This document shows positions 45,330 to 57,727 of a stretch of 64,000 nucleotides of DNA, piece after piece. Under the pieces are notes generated by a model, which ran no database searches, had not been told where the DNA came from, and saw nothing but the letters and a program-made list of their open reading frames with translations. The translations under genes were made by a program, and so were the position numbers. Position 1 is the stretch's first letter; each line of letters starts with the position of its first letter. This stretch comes from Macrostomum lignano (taxonomy: Eukaryota), in NCBI GenBank assembly GCA_002269645.1, contig NIVC01001361.1:62001-126000 (forward strand), read 5' to 3'.

Positions 45330-46140
45330 TTGTTCGCCAAGCACGAGTTCGACCTGGGCACAACGGAACTGCTGCAGCACCAGGTCCAACTGGAAACGGG
45401 AACGCGGCCGCACCGGCAAATCCAAGCAGCGCCGTCTGCCTCTGTCTGTGCCAGACCAGGTGGATAAAAAGATCGTACAGATGCTGGACAGCGGCATCAT
45501 CGAGCCGTCGTCGTCGCCATGGGCGAGCAACCTGCTGGTGGTCCGCAAGAAGAATGGCAAAATGCACGGACTGGCGGCAGCTGAATGCCTGCACGGTCAA
45601 GGACGCGTACCCGCTGCCGCACATGCAGCAAGCATGAATGCTATGGTCGGGTGCTCCTGGTTCTCCACCATCGACTGTCGGCAGGGCTACCACCAGGTGG
45701 AGGTGGCGGAAGAGGGCCGGTTTAAAAATGCTTTCTATTCGACCCGCGGCCTGACGCAGTTCCACACGTTCCACAAACCCTAACCCTAACCCAAGGTCTG
45801 TCCTGGGACTCCATGCTGACTTAAATCGACGAAATTATCGTCTTCAGCAGGACCTTTGACGAGCATCTGGTAAGACTTGAGCGCGTTTTTTAACGGCTGC
45901 GAGATGCGGGTCTCAAACTGCACGATGCGAAGAGCGTGTTCGGCCATCGCCGGGTGCTGTACCTGGGACATTTGATCAGCGAGAAGGGTATTGCACCGGA
46001 CTCCAGCAAGTTTGAGGTCATTCGCAGCATCCTTAGTCCAAAGTCGGTCGAAGAGGTGAAGCGGTTCCTCGGCATGCTGGGGTTCTACCGCCGATTCATC
46101 GAAGGGTTCAGCCAGACGGCGAGAGTCCTGCACGATGCGT
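45330..46140 (+). pseudogene. Gypsy/Ty3 reverse transcriptase fragments
   Basis: MLDSGIIEPSSSPWASNLLVVRKK, WFSTIDCRQGYHQV, IDEIIVFSRTFDEHL, YLGHLISEKGI, RFLGMLGFYRRFI, with deletions and frameshifts. Confidence 0.9.
45776..45792. repeat. Short interstitial telomeric repeat (AACCCT)2AACCC
   Basis: Lies at a deletion junction of the RT. Confidence 0.6.
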
Positions 46141-48099
46141 GAAATCGAGAGACTTCGCATGAACCGGTGACTACGAGCAAGCTCACAGTAAAGGAAAATT
46201 GACCGCAAGAAGCAGGCGCGGGGAGTTCTGATTCCTCTGATTTTCTGGAGATGGTTCCAGGGGAAAGCTGGCATACCGGCCTGAGTGGCTGCTTCAATTT
46301 TCTCGCCAATGCTCCGCCAGCTTTACACTGCAGTCTCCAAGCTGTGCCTCCCATGTTCATAACTTTTTTTCTCACCATTGCCGAATACTTCTTTCCTGGT
46401 CACGACTTTCCAGCAACTACTGTCTCATGCGACTGTCGAATTGCTTTTTTGAAGACCTTGTCTAGCGCTACAAGACCAAAGACCAAAGTCGGCTGTCCAC
46501 TGTTGAATGTGCCATGAGTCGAGACTGACTGACACACGACACCATGTAGAGGTTTATAATACATATTTGTGAAATTTTGAGTGCTTATATGTCCACAAAA
46601 TATATCTAGCAATACGTACGTACAGTCACCGACTGCGACTGTGTGAAAAAAATCGTCTTCTGCTTTCCCTTTGCTCTTTTCCATTGCCCCCCCCTCCGAA
46701 TTCACGTGGCTCGGTTTCAGAGTAATTGCAGAGCAACTTTCAGAGTAATGACGAGGAAAATTTTATTTTTTATTCAGTTAGTCAAGGCTAATTTTTAGCC
46801 GACGCAGCAGAAGCGGCTACAAGCTTAACTGAATAGCGATGATGCATGATTTGGCCAGTTTCCCGTCCCTAGTTTAAGTAGTCCGTGATGTTCTGTTGAT
46901 CTTATCGCTGACCTATTCTATTCTAAAACAAGGCTTGCTCAATGATGAAAGCAACATTTTGTGTGATGTTTTGTTTTTGGTTCTAAACTTCAAGAGCTCA
47001 AATGATAAAATCTAGATCTATCTAGATCTTTTTTAAACTTGATAATCGAGAGTGCATCCCGTGCTTTACAAAAATGCGCGTAGTACAATGAAACTGCCCA
47101 GGAATAGACCAGATTTTGCAGCTCACTTGGCGACATCAAACGTTCTCAACTGCAGTTCTTGTCTATTGCGCCGCGGCCATCGCCCAGCAGGCCAGATGAA
47201 ACGCTACTACTGTACCATCGACGCAGCCAATGGCCAACTGGGTTCGGCACCGGGAAGACGCCAAAGAAAAGTACAGCCTAGCACAGATCTCGTACGAGCT
47301 CGTAGTGGCCCAGACCGAAGGCAATGTTCAGTAGACCGGCTATCAGAGCGTGCCGAACGCCCTGCAGTTGCGCTTGCTGTAAATGTCGAATGAGATGTAT
47401 TGTAAACTGACGAATATCTGTTACTTGATTCAATCTCTTCTGAATATGAAGCAGGTTGCAACAAGTGAGCCATGCCATTAGCTGAGCTGCTGTAATTCAC
47501 AAGTCCAGCAAGTCCGAACTTCCAGCTGACGCTGACGCCCAAACTAGCTTGTATTTTTTACTTTACTATATTTGCTTTCGTTTTGTTTGCGCTCAGTAAA
47601 AAGCTTGTAAAGTAAGCTCCCAGTACTACTAAGCACTAATGATGCTACTTTACGTCTATATTCGCGAGAAAAGAAGTCATTTCCAATGCCAAATTCTCCA
47701 ACTTCTAGTACCAAGTACTACGGTAAATAGCATGAGGATCGGAGGCATGTCAACCTACTCGTAGTTCTAGAATGGCTTAGTTTCTCTGTCAAACCCGACT
47801 ATTGGATCGGCGATGAGAGTAGAATCTTGAAATAACAGAAGACCATACTGGAGACCCATCGAAGCTGGAGACCCATGGATCTCTAGACCTATCGAATAAA
47901 GTACGCTGTTCTGCTTCGAACTAAATTGACACCCCATTCTGATCTATTCTGGGTAAACTAACGCGCAATCGACCTTTAACGCCTCCAACGATTCCAGATC
48001 AATTCGAGCCCAAAATAAATAAACATCTACAATAAGCTACACATGTATAAATCACATCTGTCTCTAGCATCACAGGTTGAAATCAATCAATCAGCTTAA

Positions 48100-48370
48100 A
48101 CTGACAGAGGCGCCCATGCCGCAGTAAACGGCCAGGCCCAGCGCCTCGGAGACCCACACGCACGCTGGCAGGACCTAAGTCAGAACGGTGGATCCAAGCA
48201 GACTGGCCGAGTCTCGGAACGGCTCCAGCCGGGTTCCCATGTAGCCAAAGGCCAGGTTGCCGACGGTGAAGGCGGCACCGTAGCCGGCTGGGTACAGGGC
48301 GATGCGGGACTCCGGGACGGAGAGCTCGCTGGCCATCACGGGGACGAAGTTGATGGCCGTCACCATGCTG
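48100..48370 (-). pseudogene. Decayed duplicate of SLC16-like exon 2
   Basis: Near copy of 50453-50725 with small deletions; the splice acceptor is replaced by telomeric repeats. Confidence 0.85.
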
Positions 48371-48391
48371 AACCCTAACCCTAACCCTAAC
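48371..48391. repeat. Short interstitial telomeric repeat (AACCCT)3AAC
   Basis: Replaces TGTCTGTTGG of the paralogous locus (50726-50735). Confidence 0.75.
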
Positions 48392-48539
48392 AGTTAAAAA
48401 TCAATGCAGAATATCAAACCAGTGTGCTGTGTATCCGAGACTAGGCGCAACCTAGGCACAATCTAGATACAACCTAGAAGTTTCCTGCATGAGTGCACGT
48501 TCAAGTTCAAAACGTGTTGAAGGTCAAAGCATCAAGCCT

Positions 48540-48800
48540 ATTGGTTAGAGCATCGGACTCACGACTTAAAGGTCGCGGGTTCGATTCTCGACTTACTCAG
48601 AACTGCAATTTGTGTCCTTGAGCAAGACACTTAACTCTGCATTGCTTCAGTTCACCCAGCTGTAAAATGAGTACCAGCATAAGCTGGGGTAACTGAGGCT
48701 GTGTGTGGCGACCCCCCAGTCCATGGACTGAACAGCCGTACGCAGCCTTCAGATGCGCCGCGCAATAGCTGCGGCTGAGCTGTCGGTTGCACTTCTGGCC
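48540..48800 (+). mobile_element. tRNA-derived SINE
   Basis: A box TGGTTAGAGC and B box GGTTCGATTC, followed by the body shared with 38025-38250. Confidence 0.8.
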
Positions 48801-49472
48801 CAATTGGGAAAGGTGAAAATTTAAACCTAAATTTTCAGATTTAGGCTGTGTAGATTTTTTGGTCCAGCGTGTGTGCAGAAGGGCAGCATGGAAATACAGT
48901 TCATCCTCTTTTCTGTTACTATTTTAGTCCAGCAGTTACAGAAGTCGTTTTTGCTCTTTCTCTTACTAGTGATGCAGTTCGGCATTGAAAACTGTGCAGA
49001 AGGTACACGTAGCCCTGTATACGAACACCGCTTGTTACGAATTCATATAGGTGCTTGATTAACGGCGTGTGACAAAAGTTAAAGCCCACGAAAACGTACA
49101 TTTTTTTGGGCAGGAGTTCGATTACAGCGATCGATATTAGAAGTTCTATAGCTGAAGTAGAAATGTCGCAAACTGATTGCCATTAAATCGATGGGTAAAT
49201 CAGCACCTTCACACAGGCTTCAATGATTGCAAGAATGGACTAAAATCAAGAAATATTAGCATACGACTGCGTTACACTCAAATAATTTCCAGCGTAAGAA
49301 AGCAGTGCTACTCTACTGCACGTCTGCAGATAATAAATATAAACAAAATACACAAGTGGCGAAATCTTGTTTTTAACTCAGAAATAATGCTGATCTTTCT
49401 TGGCTAAATTACGAGCCAAGAAATCGTACTTTCTATTTCAACTAGTATGACAAAAATTTAGGCAACCGTACT

Positions 49473-51642
49473 TTACGTCGGATGAGCATCTTTGCAGACA
49501 AACAGTGACCTGAAGTCTCCATCCGCATCCGCATCCGCATCCGCATTCGCATTCGCATTCGCATCCGCATCCGCATCCGCATCCGCATCCGCATCCGCAT
49601 TCGCATCCGCATCCGCATCCGCATTTGCATCCGCATCCGCATTCGCATTCGCATCCGCATTTGCATCCGCATCCGCATCTGCATTCGCATCCGCATTCGC
49701 ATCCGCATCGGCCAGACTCTGCAGTTCGCGCCGTCCTTGCCGCCAACGGCGTCGCGGCTGCAACGCCCAGGCGGCCAGGGTGGCCAGTCCCGCGGCTGCG
49801 AACGCCCCTGAAGCCAGTTGGAACGCTGCCGAATAGTCGCCGTGCTGTCTGCGCAGCCACTGACCGAGAAAGGGCGCAGGAAACGAGCCGAAAAAGAACA
49901 TGGCCACGTAGAGTCCAGTGCAGATCTCGTAGTGCTGCAGGCCGACCGCAAGCTTGATCAGGCTGACCATCAGTGCGTACCGGCCGCCCTGCAGGGTCAA
50001 GTTTGTTACGAATGTAATTTTAACGTCAATCTAAACTATAGAAATGGCTATAGAAACTATAGAAAGTGCCAAGTTCTTTCAAGCGTAAGATTTTGGATTT
50101 TATTGAATTTGCGACCTATGAAACTTTCAGAGATCAACAAAAACAAAATTGTAATACCTTGCTGTACATAAGTGCTCCTAGCGCTGGCCTTGGCGATCAC
50201 TTCTCACCCATCATTTTGCTTAATTTCCATTCTGCCCTCAGGTTGTCCCGAACTCTTATAGTATCAGATACCAGCTTCAATTTCTGTTCCTTTAGCTGTT
50301 CTCATTCTCACCATCTGCGTCGGTATAACCTGACGAGTCTAATTAATTATCAACTAATCAGTTCCAGTTAACGGGCCTTAACCGGTGGTCAAAATTAACC
50401 CACTTTACCCTACGCCTGTAAAATTCGGTTGCTGTACCACAACACTTCTTACCTGACAGGCGCCCATGCCGCAGTAAACGGCCAGGCCCAGCGCCTCGGA
50501 GACCCGCACGCACGCTGGCAGGATGCCAGTCAGAACGGCGGAGACAAACAGACTGGCCGAGTCGACCAGGAACGGCTCCAGCCGGGTTCCCATGTAGCCA
50601 AAGGCCAGGTTGCCGACGGTGAAGGCGGCACCGTAGCCGGCTGGGTACAGGGCGATGCGGGACTCTGGCACGGAGAGCTCGCTGGCCATCACGGGGACGA
50701 AGTTGATGGCCGTCACCATGCTGAATGTCTGTTGGAACAGTTTGAAATCAATGCGGCATAGAAAACTAGTGCAATATATACATGTTCATGTATTATCAGG
50801 CTAACTGCGTCAGGCACCACCTAGAATGCACGTTCAAGGTCAAAGCATCAGTTGAAACAGTTGAAAGCTTGAGTCCTGTCTCTTGCCTGAAGAAGAGCAG
50901 CAAAGTAGAATAACGCTGTATCCGGACCGCAGATCCGTAGCAGTTCCACCGTCCGAGCGAGTCGGCCTCGACCTGCGGCGGCCGCGTTGTCCTCGCCTTT
51001 GCCGGCCTCCAACGCCACCTCCAATGGCACCTCCTCCAATGGTAGTTCGCGACTCGCTGGCACCCTCGGCCGGATCAGCAGCGCCAGCGCGCCTGCGTTC
51101 AGCGCCGCTGCGCCCAGCACGAGTGCGGCGCCACGCCAAGTGAGGCTGCCGATGAGCAGCTGCGTGATTGGAGCCGACATGAGCAGACCGGCGCCGCAAC
51201 CGCTGGCAACGACTCCGCTGGCCAAGGTGAGTCGCCCATCGAAGTTGTGCGCCAGCAGCGTCATGGGGAAGAAGTACAGGCCCTCCGCGGCCAGCGGCAC
51301 CATCAGGCCGAAGGTGGGCAACAGCAGGCGGGCATCAGAGGCGAAGTAGCTGAGCGCATAGCCGGCGAACATGCAGACCGAGCTGCCGACGGCGACTCGC
51401 TTCTCGCCCTGAGAGCGCAGCAGCAGCGCCATGAGCGGCGACATGAGCTGGCCGGCGCCATAGGTCATGCCGTAGACGACGGCGAGCAGGCCGGTCTGCT
51501 GCGGAAAAGCCTCCAGGTGGGCGGCATAGAACAGCCCGCTGATGTTGTAAGAGCTGTCGGCTATCAGGTAAGCTACGAACCCGATGATCAAAATGGTGCA
51601 CTTGTATGACTTGGAGGTAGTTTTTTGAATTGCAGCTGCCAT
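49473..51642 (-). CDS. MFS transporter, SLC16/monocarboxylate-transporter-like, ~515 aa (exons 51642-50887, 50728-50453, 49988-49473)
   Basis: Twelve-TM pattern with [31 protein letters not shown] and GDYSAAF. Phase-0 introns, the first GC-AG (CAG|GCAAGA). Tail contains a (D/N-A)n hexamer repeat. Confidence 0.85.
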
Positions 51643-52452
51643 TGCTGGTGCAGGCTTGGATTAACTTGATTGAGAAGACAGTTTGGGCTTCTATATGTTC
51701 TGACCTGGCGTGCAAAGCATCTCTCATTATTTTCTCTCTTTCAGTGCTTTCCCTCTGCCCCGTTCTGCGTCCATTTATTTCAGATCCAATTGTGTTTGGG
51801 AGGCCTTGCAAAGACCTCTAGGAGCAAGCCCTGCTGCAACTACCCACTCCGCCACTGCTCTTTCCTATTCCAAGCATCCAGTCAGGGAAGTGCTACGCCA
51901 GTGCACTGCCATGCACATTTCTGTCGAGGCCAGCCGCTGTACGTCTGGATTTCCTTCGCTTTTTGTAAGCAAAGTGTAAATCCATTTCACCCAGTGTATT
52001 GACTTTTGGTTCCCCAGAGCACATTAATCATTTAGCATTGACGCGCAGACGACAAACGCTCCATGGTATGAAAAATATGCCAGTTGCATAGAGGACCTTT
52101 TTCTCTAGTCAGAGCAAAAGTTGTGCGAGTCATTTGACTAGTTGGCACGGAATCAGGTTTCAGGGCACTGAATAGCGGCTCCTGGACAGCATGCCGTGTT
52201 GCGCTCGAAGAATGAATTATTAATAAGCAGTTAGCTACTAGTTCGACAGGCGTGTGTTGATTTTAGTGCAATCTGATCTTGCGATAGCCGGAAGCAAGCA
52301 AATAAGTTTTAATTAAAACCACGCGGCACAGATAAGCAAAGCAAACATCCCCCGAGATTTGAGTCGTTTCCTGCTCAGAATCCACTCTTGAACGGAGTAG
52401 CTATTGTTGCGAGCTGACCGGGATGTTCTGAAGCACCCAAGCGAAACGCAAT

Positions 52453-54326
52453 ATGACTACTGAGAAGTCGAAAACGCGCGTTGATGAAGAGGATGCTGAC
52501 AGTGAGCTGCTCAAGCTCTTGGAGCTCCTGTACGAAGGACGACCTGCTGATTTTCTGTCAAAGTTTCAGCGTCTTCCGAGGACAAGCGAAGGCGGCTGCT
52601 GCTTCTGGGTGACAGCTCAACGGACGATGCTCAAGAAAGGCAGCGCCAGCTGCGACAGACGCGCTGCCCTGAGTCGCTGGACCGCCGGCCTCGACCGCTG
52701 CTGGACATCCTGCTGAGCTGCCACCTGCCGCTTGCCTGTCGAGCAATTGACTGCCTCGAGGCCGAACCCGGGGCAGCTGACTCCGGCAACTTGCTGCTGT
52801 TCCGCCTAGTTGATCACTGCTGTCGTGAGCCGCTGCAGGCCGAGAAACCTCTGGCCGACTTCTTTGCAGAGCTGGCCGTTCACCGCCCGACAGCCTGCCG
52901 TCGCTTTCTGGCCGCGGAGGCCACCGCAGAGCAGCTGCGGCCGCTAGAGTACGCCGCTCTCTGGCGCTGCTTTCACCTGGCCGCCGTATTTCTGGACGTC
53001 TCGGCCGTGTCGACAATTTCAACATCCGGCCGCTGCCGCCAAACGGAGTGGGACATCAGCGAGTACCGCTGGTCCACCGGGTCCCGATTCCCCAAGTCGC
53101 CCTTTCTGCACTTCGCTCTGGCGTTGAAAGATCGCATGGGCGAGACCTTGCCGGACGGATTCGTCCGGTTCTATCGCTGTCCCGCGACCAGCGCCTACGC
53201 GGCCAACCTGGCTGCGGCCTTTCCAACAGTCCACTTGGCGCCAGTCCTAGCGCTGCTCTGCCTGTTGCTGCATCTGTACGGCAGCTACTCGCTCACCGTG
53301 CGCCTGTTTACGGCGGACACGTTCCGCGCTAACGGCACCGTCGTGCTGGTTGGCAGCGACGATGCTTACACCTACGTAAGCCGGCTGACGCCGCTGGGAT
53401 TTGAGCTGGCCAGATGGGGAGCCCATCTTCGACAGGTATCCCAGATGATGATGGCGATAATTAGCGGGACCTACCTGGCAATCAAGGCAGTTGGAAACCA
53501 CGCCATGCTGGCGCCCGCTCGCCGGCGCTACCTGCCGCTGCAGTGGCTGCGCAGCCTCTTATTTTATCATCACGACGTCCACGACGGCCTGCTGCTCAGC
53601 TTCGTTGTCGGTGGCCTCGCCATCATGGCGATGGAGGCCTCCTTCTTCTTGCCGGGCGTTGGCAACTACGTCGAGCGCGCCGGCCTTCCGACCGTGCTGA
53701 AGCCGGAGTCGCTGCGGATGCTGTTCACCTTGCAGATGAACGCCCTGCTGTTTCTCATGCTAGGCCTCAGCGCGCACCTAGCGCAAAAATACCGAATATT
53801 TTTCGACCTGCTGCAGTGCATCCAGGAATGCATGAAGCTCATCTACCTGGTGTTCGTGCCGGCCATCCTCATCAGCTTGACGGTCGCGCTGGCGCTGCCG
53901 CAGTCGGCCGCGTCGCTGACGACCGCCGAGCCGCTGCCGGATCACGTGGACGCTGGCACCTACGCCTTCATGAAGCTAGTGGGGGACAGCATGGCGGCGG
54001 CATTCCGCTTCACCTTCAGCCTGGGCGAGTTTGGCTCTGGCCCGGCCAGCAAGCTGTTGGCCTGGTCTCAGCCGGCGCTGTACTCCCTGCTGGGCATCTT
54101 CCTGGTCAACTTCTGCATCGCGCGGCTCACCAGGCAGCTCAGCCTGATGGAGAGCCACTCCGAGCTGCGGCGCCGGATGAGCCTGGCCGGACAGGTGCAC
54201 GAATACTGCCTGGCCGAGTGGCGCCTGCGCCGGCTCATTCTGAGGCGACTGCTCAAACGACGGCCAAAGAGGCGGCCCCTGATAGTTCGGCTTCTGCGGC
54301 TCCGGGCGGACTGCGTCAGCGAGTAG
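52453..54326 (+). CDS. Intronless TRP(V)-like channel, ~624 aa after restoring one T at 52551-52554
   Basis: QTEWDISEY pre-S1 segment, about 6 TM helices, pore-like AFRFTFSLGEF, S6 LLGIFLVNFCIA. TTTT>TTTTT joins the 52453 ATG to ORF 52791-54326. Confidence 0.6.
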
Positions 54327-54469
54327 AGACGGCACTGGCTGGATAAAGGCCGCAGTATATGAGATGCCGCATCCTGGGTGCCGGCTTCCTGAGTAGCGCC
54401 TCCTGTTCCAGCTGTGGGCAGTACCATTGCTGACTGTTGACCTGCTAAAATCTTCACGTTATCTGCTTA

Positions 54470-54770
54470 GCTACCTACTTACCTGCTAACCTACCAACTT
54501 GCTGACCTACCTACCTGCTAGCCTACCTTACCTACCTGTTAACATATCTACCTACCTGCTAACCTACCAACTTGCTGACCTACCACCTAACTGCTAGCCT
54601 ATCTTACCTACCTGCCAACTTACTTACCTACCTACTAACCTACTACCTGCTAACCTATCTACCTTGCTAACCCATCTACCTACCTGTTAACCTATCTACC
54701 TACCTGCTAACCTACCTACCTATCTACCTACCTGCTAACCTATCAGCCAACCTACCTACCCACGATTACT
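54470..54770. repeat. (CTAC/CTAA)-based low-complexity repeat
   Basis: CTACCTACCTGCTAAC units. Confidence 0.8.
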
Positions 54771-55189
54771 TGCTAACCAAACGAAAATATCTAAATATTG
54801 TCGAATTGATCAAAACTGATAACTCCGCTCTGGAAATCTGTCTAAATATTACCTATCAATAAAGTAGGTACGCTTAACCATCTGACTCAGAAGTCTGTTA
54901 TTTCTGTAAACATGCAGTGTGGTTTGCAACCGAGAAAACTGTATCTTTGCCTTCCAACTTTGTCGCATTGATTAATGATACTTGAATGAGCTACCGTCGC
55001 ACGTGGTGTAATTTTATAAAAACTAACTTGCATCAGGTTTGATCGTGTGTACTCTGCTTAAGACATGTTTAAGACTGTTTGAGTCATAGAGAGGTTGAAT
55101 CAAGGAAGGAATGAATCATAGACAGCTTTAGTCATTGACAGCCGGCTTAAGTCATACACACTTTGAGTACCGCAGTTTAAGTCATAGAC

Positions 55190-55570
55190 AGCCTGACTCA
55201 AACAGCTTGAGTCATAGACAGCTTGAGTCATAGACAGTTTGAGTCATAGACAGCTTGAGTCATTAACAGTTTGAGTCATAGACAGCTTGAGTCATAGACA
55301 GTTTGAGTCATAGACAGTTTGAGTCATAGACACTGAGTCATAGACAGCTTGACACTTTGAGTACCGCAGTTTGAGTCAAAGACAGTTTGAGTCATAGACA
55401 GTTTGAGTCATAGACACTTTAAGTACCGCAGTTTGAGTCAAAGACAGTTTGAGTCATAGACAGTTTGAGTCATAGACACTTTAAGTACCGCAGTTTTAGT
55501 CAAAGACAGTTTGAGTCATAGACAGTTTGAGTCATAGACACTTTGAGACATAGACAGCTTGAGTCATAGA
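55190..55570. repeat. 16-17-bp minisatellite (GAGTCATAGACAGTTT)n
   Basis: Tandem units seen directly. Confidence 0.85.
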
Positions 55571-56052
55571 CAACTGGAATAATTGATCATAGGCAGAATT
55601 CAAACTCAGCATGTGATCTTATCTTAGTCATAGAGAGAGCTATAACTCATTCAAAAATTTAGTTTTCAAAAAAGTCCGAGAGACCTCAGCTTCATCAATT
55701 TAGCCACATACGCGTATATTTAGACGGTTAGTAAATGGCGCAAAAATATTTTTTCCAAAACACACGTATGAAAAATGGCTTGATACAGTTAATAAAATAA
55801 TGAATAAAATTGATATTTACACTAGGAATGCAATCGATCGATTAAGTTTAAACGCACTGTTTTTTGGTTCACGCGAAAGAAAAAAGACAAAAAAACGCGA
55901 AATGACAATGGAGGACTTAAAAAATTATTTTGTTTGTTTGGACGACATTTTTGATGACTTGCAAAAAAACGAGCGTAAAAAGGTAATAATATTATTTGAC
56001 AGCATGGCATGTCAGGGACCCAAACTACCGATTATAAACTGGCTTCGTTCAC

Positions 56053-57727
56053 CTTTGCCAGTACCCGGCAGATCTCGAGTCGGCCAGTACGGTCTCCAAC
56101 TAGCAGGGCCGGCTCCTGTTCACCTGGCAACTGCACCAGCTCTAGCACAGCCACCTCAGAGGTGTGCTTGCAGGACAATACCTGGGAAATATTGGTTTGA
56201 CAGAGTTATGCATTCGAACTTTAACCACGATAAAAAATTACACCCTTGGGTTCAGTTTACATTAGTTTGCATAGTTCACGTTAATTTTGGGGGCTCGTGA
56301 ACAGAAATGATGTAGGAGTCACGACGAAGCCTCAAGGCACAGATAGTGTACATGCCTGATGACGTTTCTTTAATTGTTGTCATTTCTTTTATGGCGACAT
56401 TTCTCGGTCTATGTGAGAGATTTTACTATTAAAATCTTTATTCGTCTACTTTTCACAGTAGTCTAAATTGAATTTCTCACACTAATTAATTATAGACGAA
56501 ATTCTCGATTGAAATTGTCTTTAGAGAGCTATGTAAAAACATGGAAATCCATGCTCCAATCATGGGGGTCCTTGATCTACTTGATGGGGGACAGGGTGAC
56601 TGCAGACTGCCAAATAAAACACCCGCGCACCTGTTGCATCTCAATTTTTCCAGCAGCCAGAGTCGCCAGCCAGATCTTGATTTCACCAGTCTCGCTGCCA
56701 GTGCCCAGCAGGGCTGACGAGCGGCTGCCGGTTAAGGAGCCGCCGGTCAGCGGGCCGACTGCCAAGAGACGTCTCGAGTGGCACTGCAGGTGGCGGGTTG
56801 GGAAATTCGGGTTTGGCTGTGATTGGGCTGTGAGGGTTGGATGGCTGGGTTGTGAGCTGTCAGTTGGCTGGGGCTGTGAGGGTTGGCTGGGTGGGTTGTG
56901 AGTTAATTGGGGCTGTGAGGGTTGGCTGGGTGGGTTGTGAGCTGTCAGTTGGTTGGGGCTGTGAGGGTTGGATGAGTGGGTTGTGAGCTGTCAGTTGGCT
57001 GGGGCTGGGAGGGTTGGATGGAAGTACATGACGCAGCCCCACTCACTTTGTGACCATCAAGCTTGGCCACCACCTTGCCGTCGGCATTGAGCAGCCGCAG
57101 ATCCAGGCAGCCCATGGAGGAGCAGCCGTGCACCAGCAGCAACTGCGCTCTGTCTCCGGAGAGCATGCAGGCTCCAATCGGTCGCGACTGGTCAGTTGGC
57201 AGGTCAAGAATGCAGCTCTTCAGCGGCCGGCAGATAAAGCGTCTGCGACTGGAGGAGCTGTCGGCGGGCAGCAGTAGCGACACCGGCTCACCCAGACGGC
57301 GGATCAGGTACCTGCCGCTTCTGCCAAATGAGCAGAGAAGCTCTACGCGTTTCGAGCAGCCGTCCGAATTTGCCGCTTTATGCAGCGTCCGAACGGGACC
57401 CGAACGACCGATTGGGATGTACAGGACGGAGCCGTTGAAGCAGCCGACCAGTAAGCGGTCGCCACGAGAGTCGGCGTGCAGGCAGCTGGCAGAGCAGCGG
57501 GCTGGCAGCGGGATGTTGTCAAAAGCGGCGGTCTCCTCCAGGGACACCAGCAGCAGGCTCTGCTGAAAGCCCACTGCGAGTCGACCGTCTGGCAATTGGC
57601 AAATGCAGCTGAGGGACGCTAACGAAGTGGTTAAAGATTTATTGATCAGCTCAACAGCGCCGTCTGCCTTGGAGCAATCCAGCGACTCGAATGTGAGCGG
57701 GTCGTCAGACGTAATGTCGACTTGGGT
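56053..57727 (-). CDS. WD40-repeat host protein, internal exons 57727-57047, 56783-56631, 56181-56053
   Basis: Phase-0 GT-AG junctions. KLDGHK|CHSRRLLAV..LLGTGSETGEIKIW is a GH..W repeat; also LLVGCFNGSV and LLVGDRTGRLEI. Confidence 0.7.
56810..57020. repeat. G-rich intronic tandem repeat
   Basis: GGGCTGTGAGGGTTGGCTGGGTGGGTTGTGAGCTGTCAGTT-like units. Confidence 0.8.

Larger units (their letters stand above)
44794..46887. mobile_element. 2,094-bp non-autonomous TIR element with 8-bp TSD, carrying Gypsy RT fragments
   Basis: TIR CACGGACTACTTAAACTAGGGA(T/C)GGGAAACTGGCCAAATCATGCA at both ends; TSD ATGTTCTG at 44786-93 and 46888-95. Confidence 0.8.

Noticed and set aside
48540-48600. tRNA gene
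   Set aside because: A and B boxes are present but there is no complete cloverleaf, and it continues into a SINE body shared with 38025-38250.
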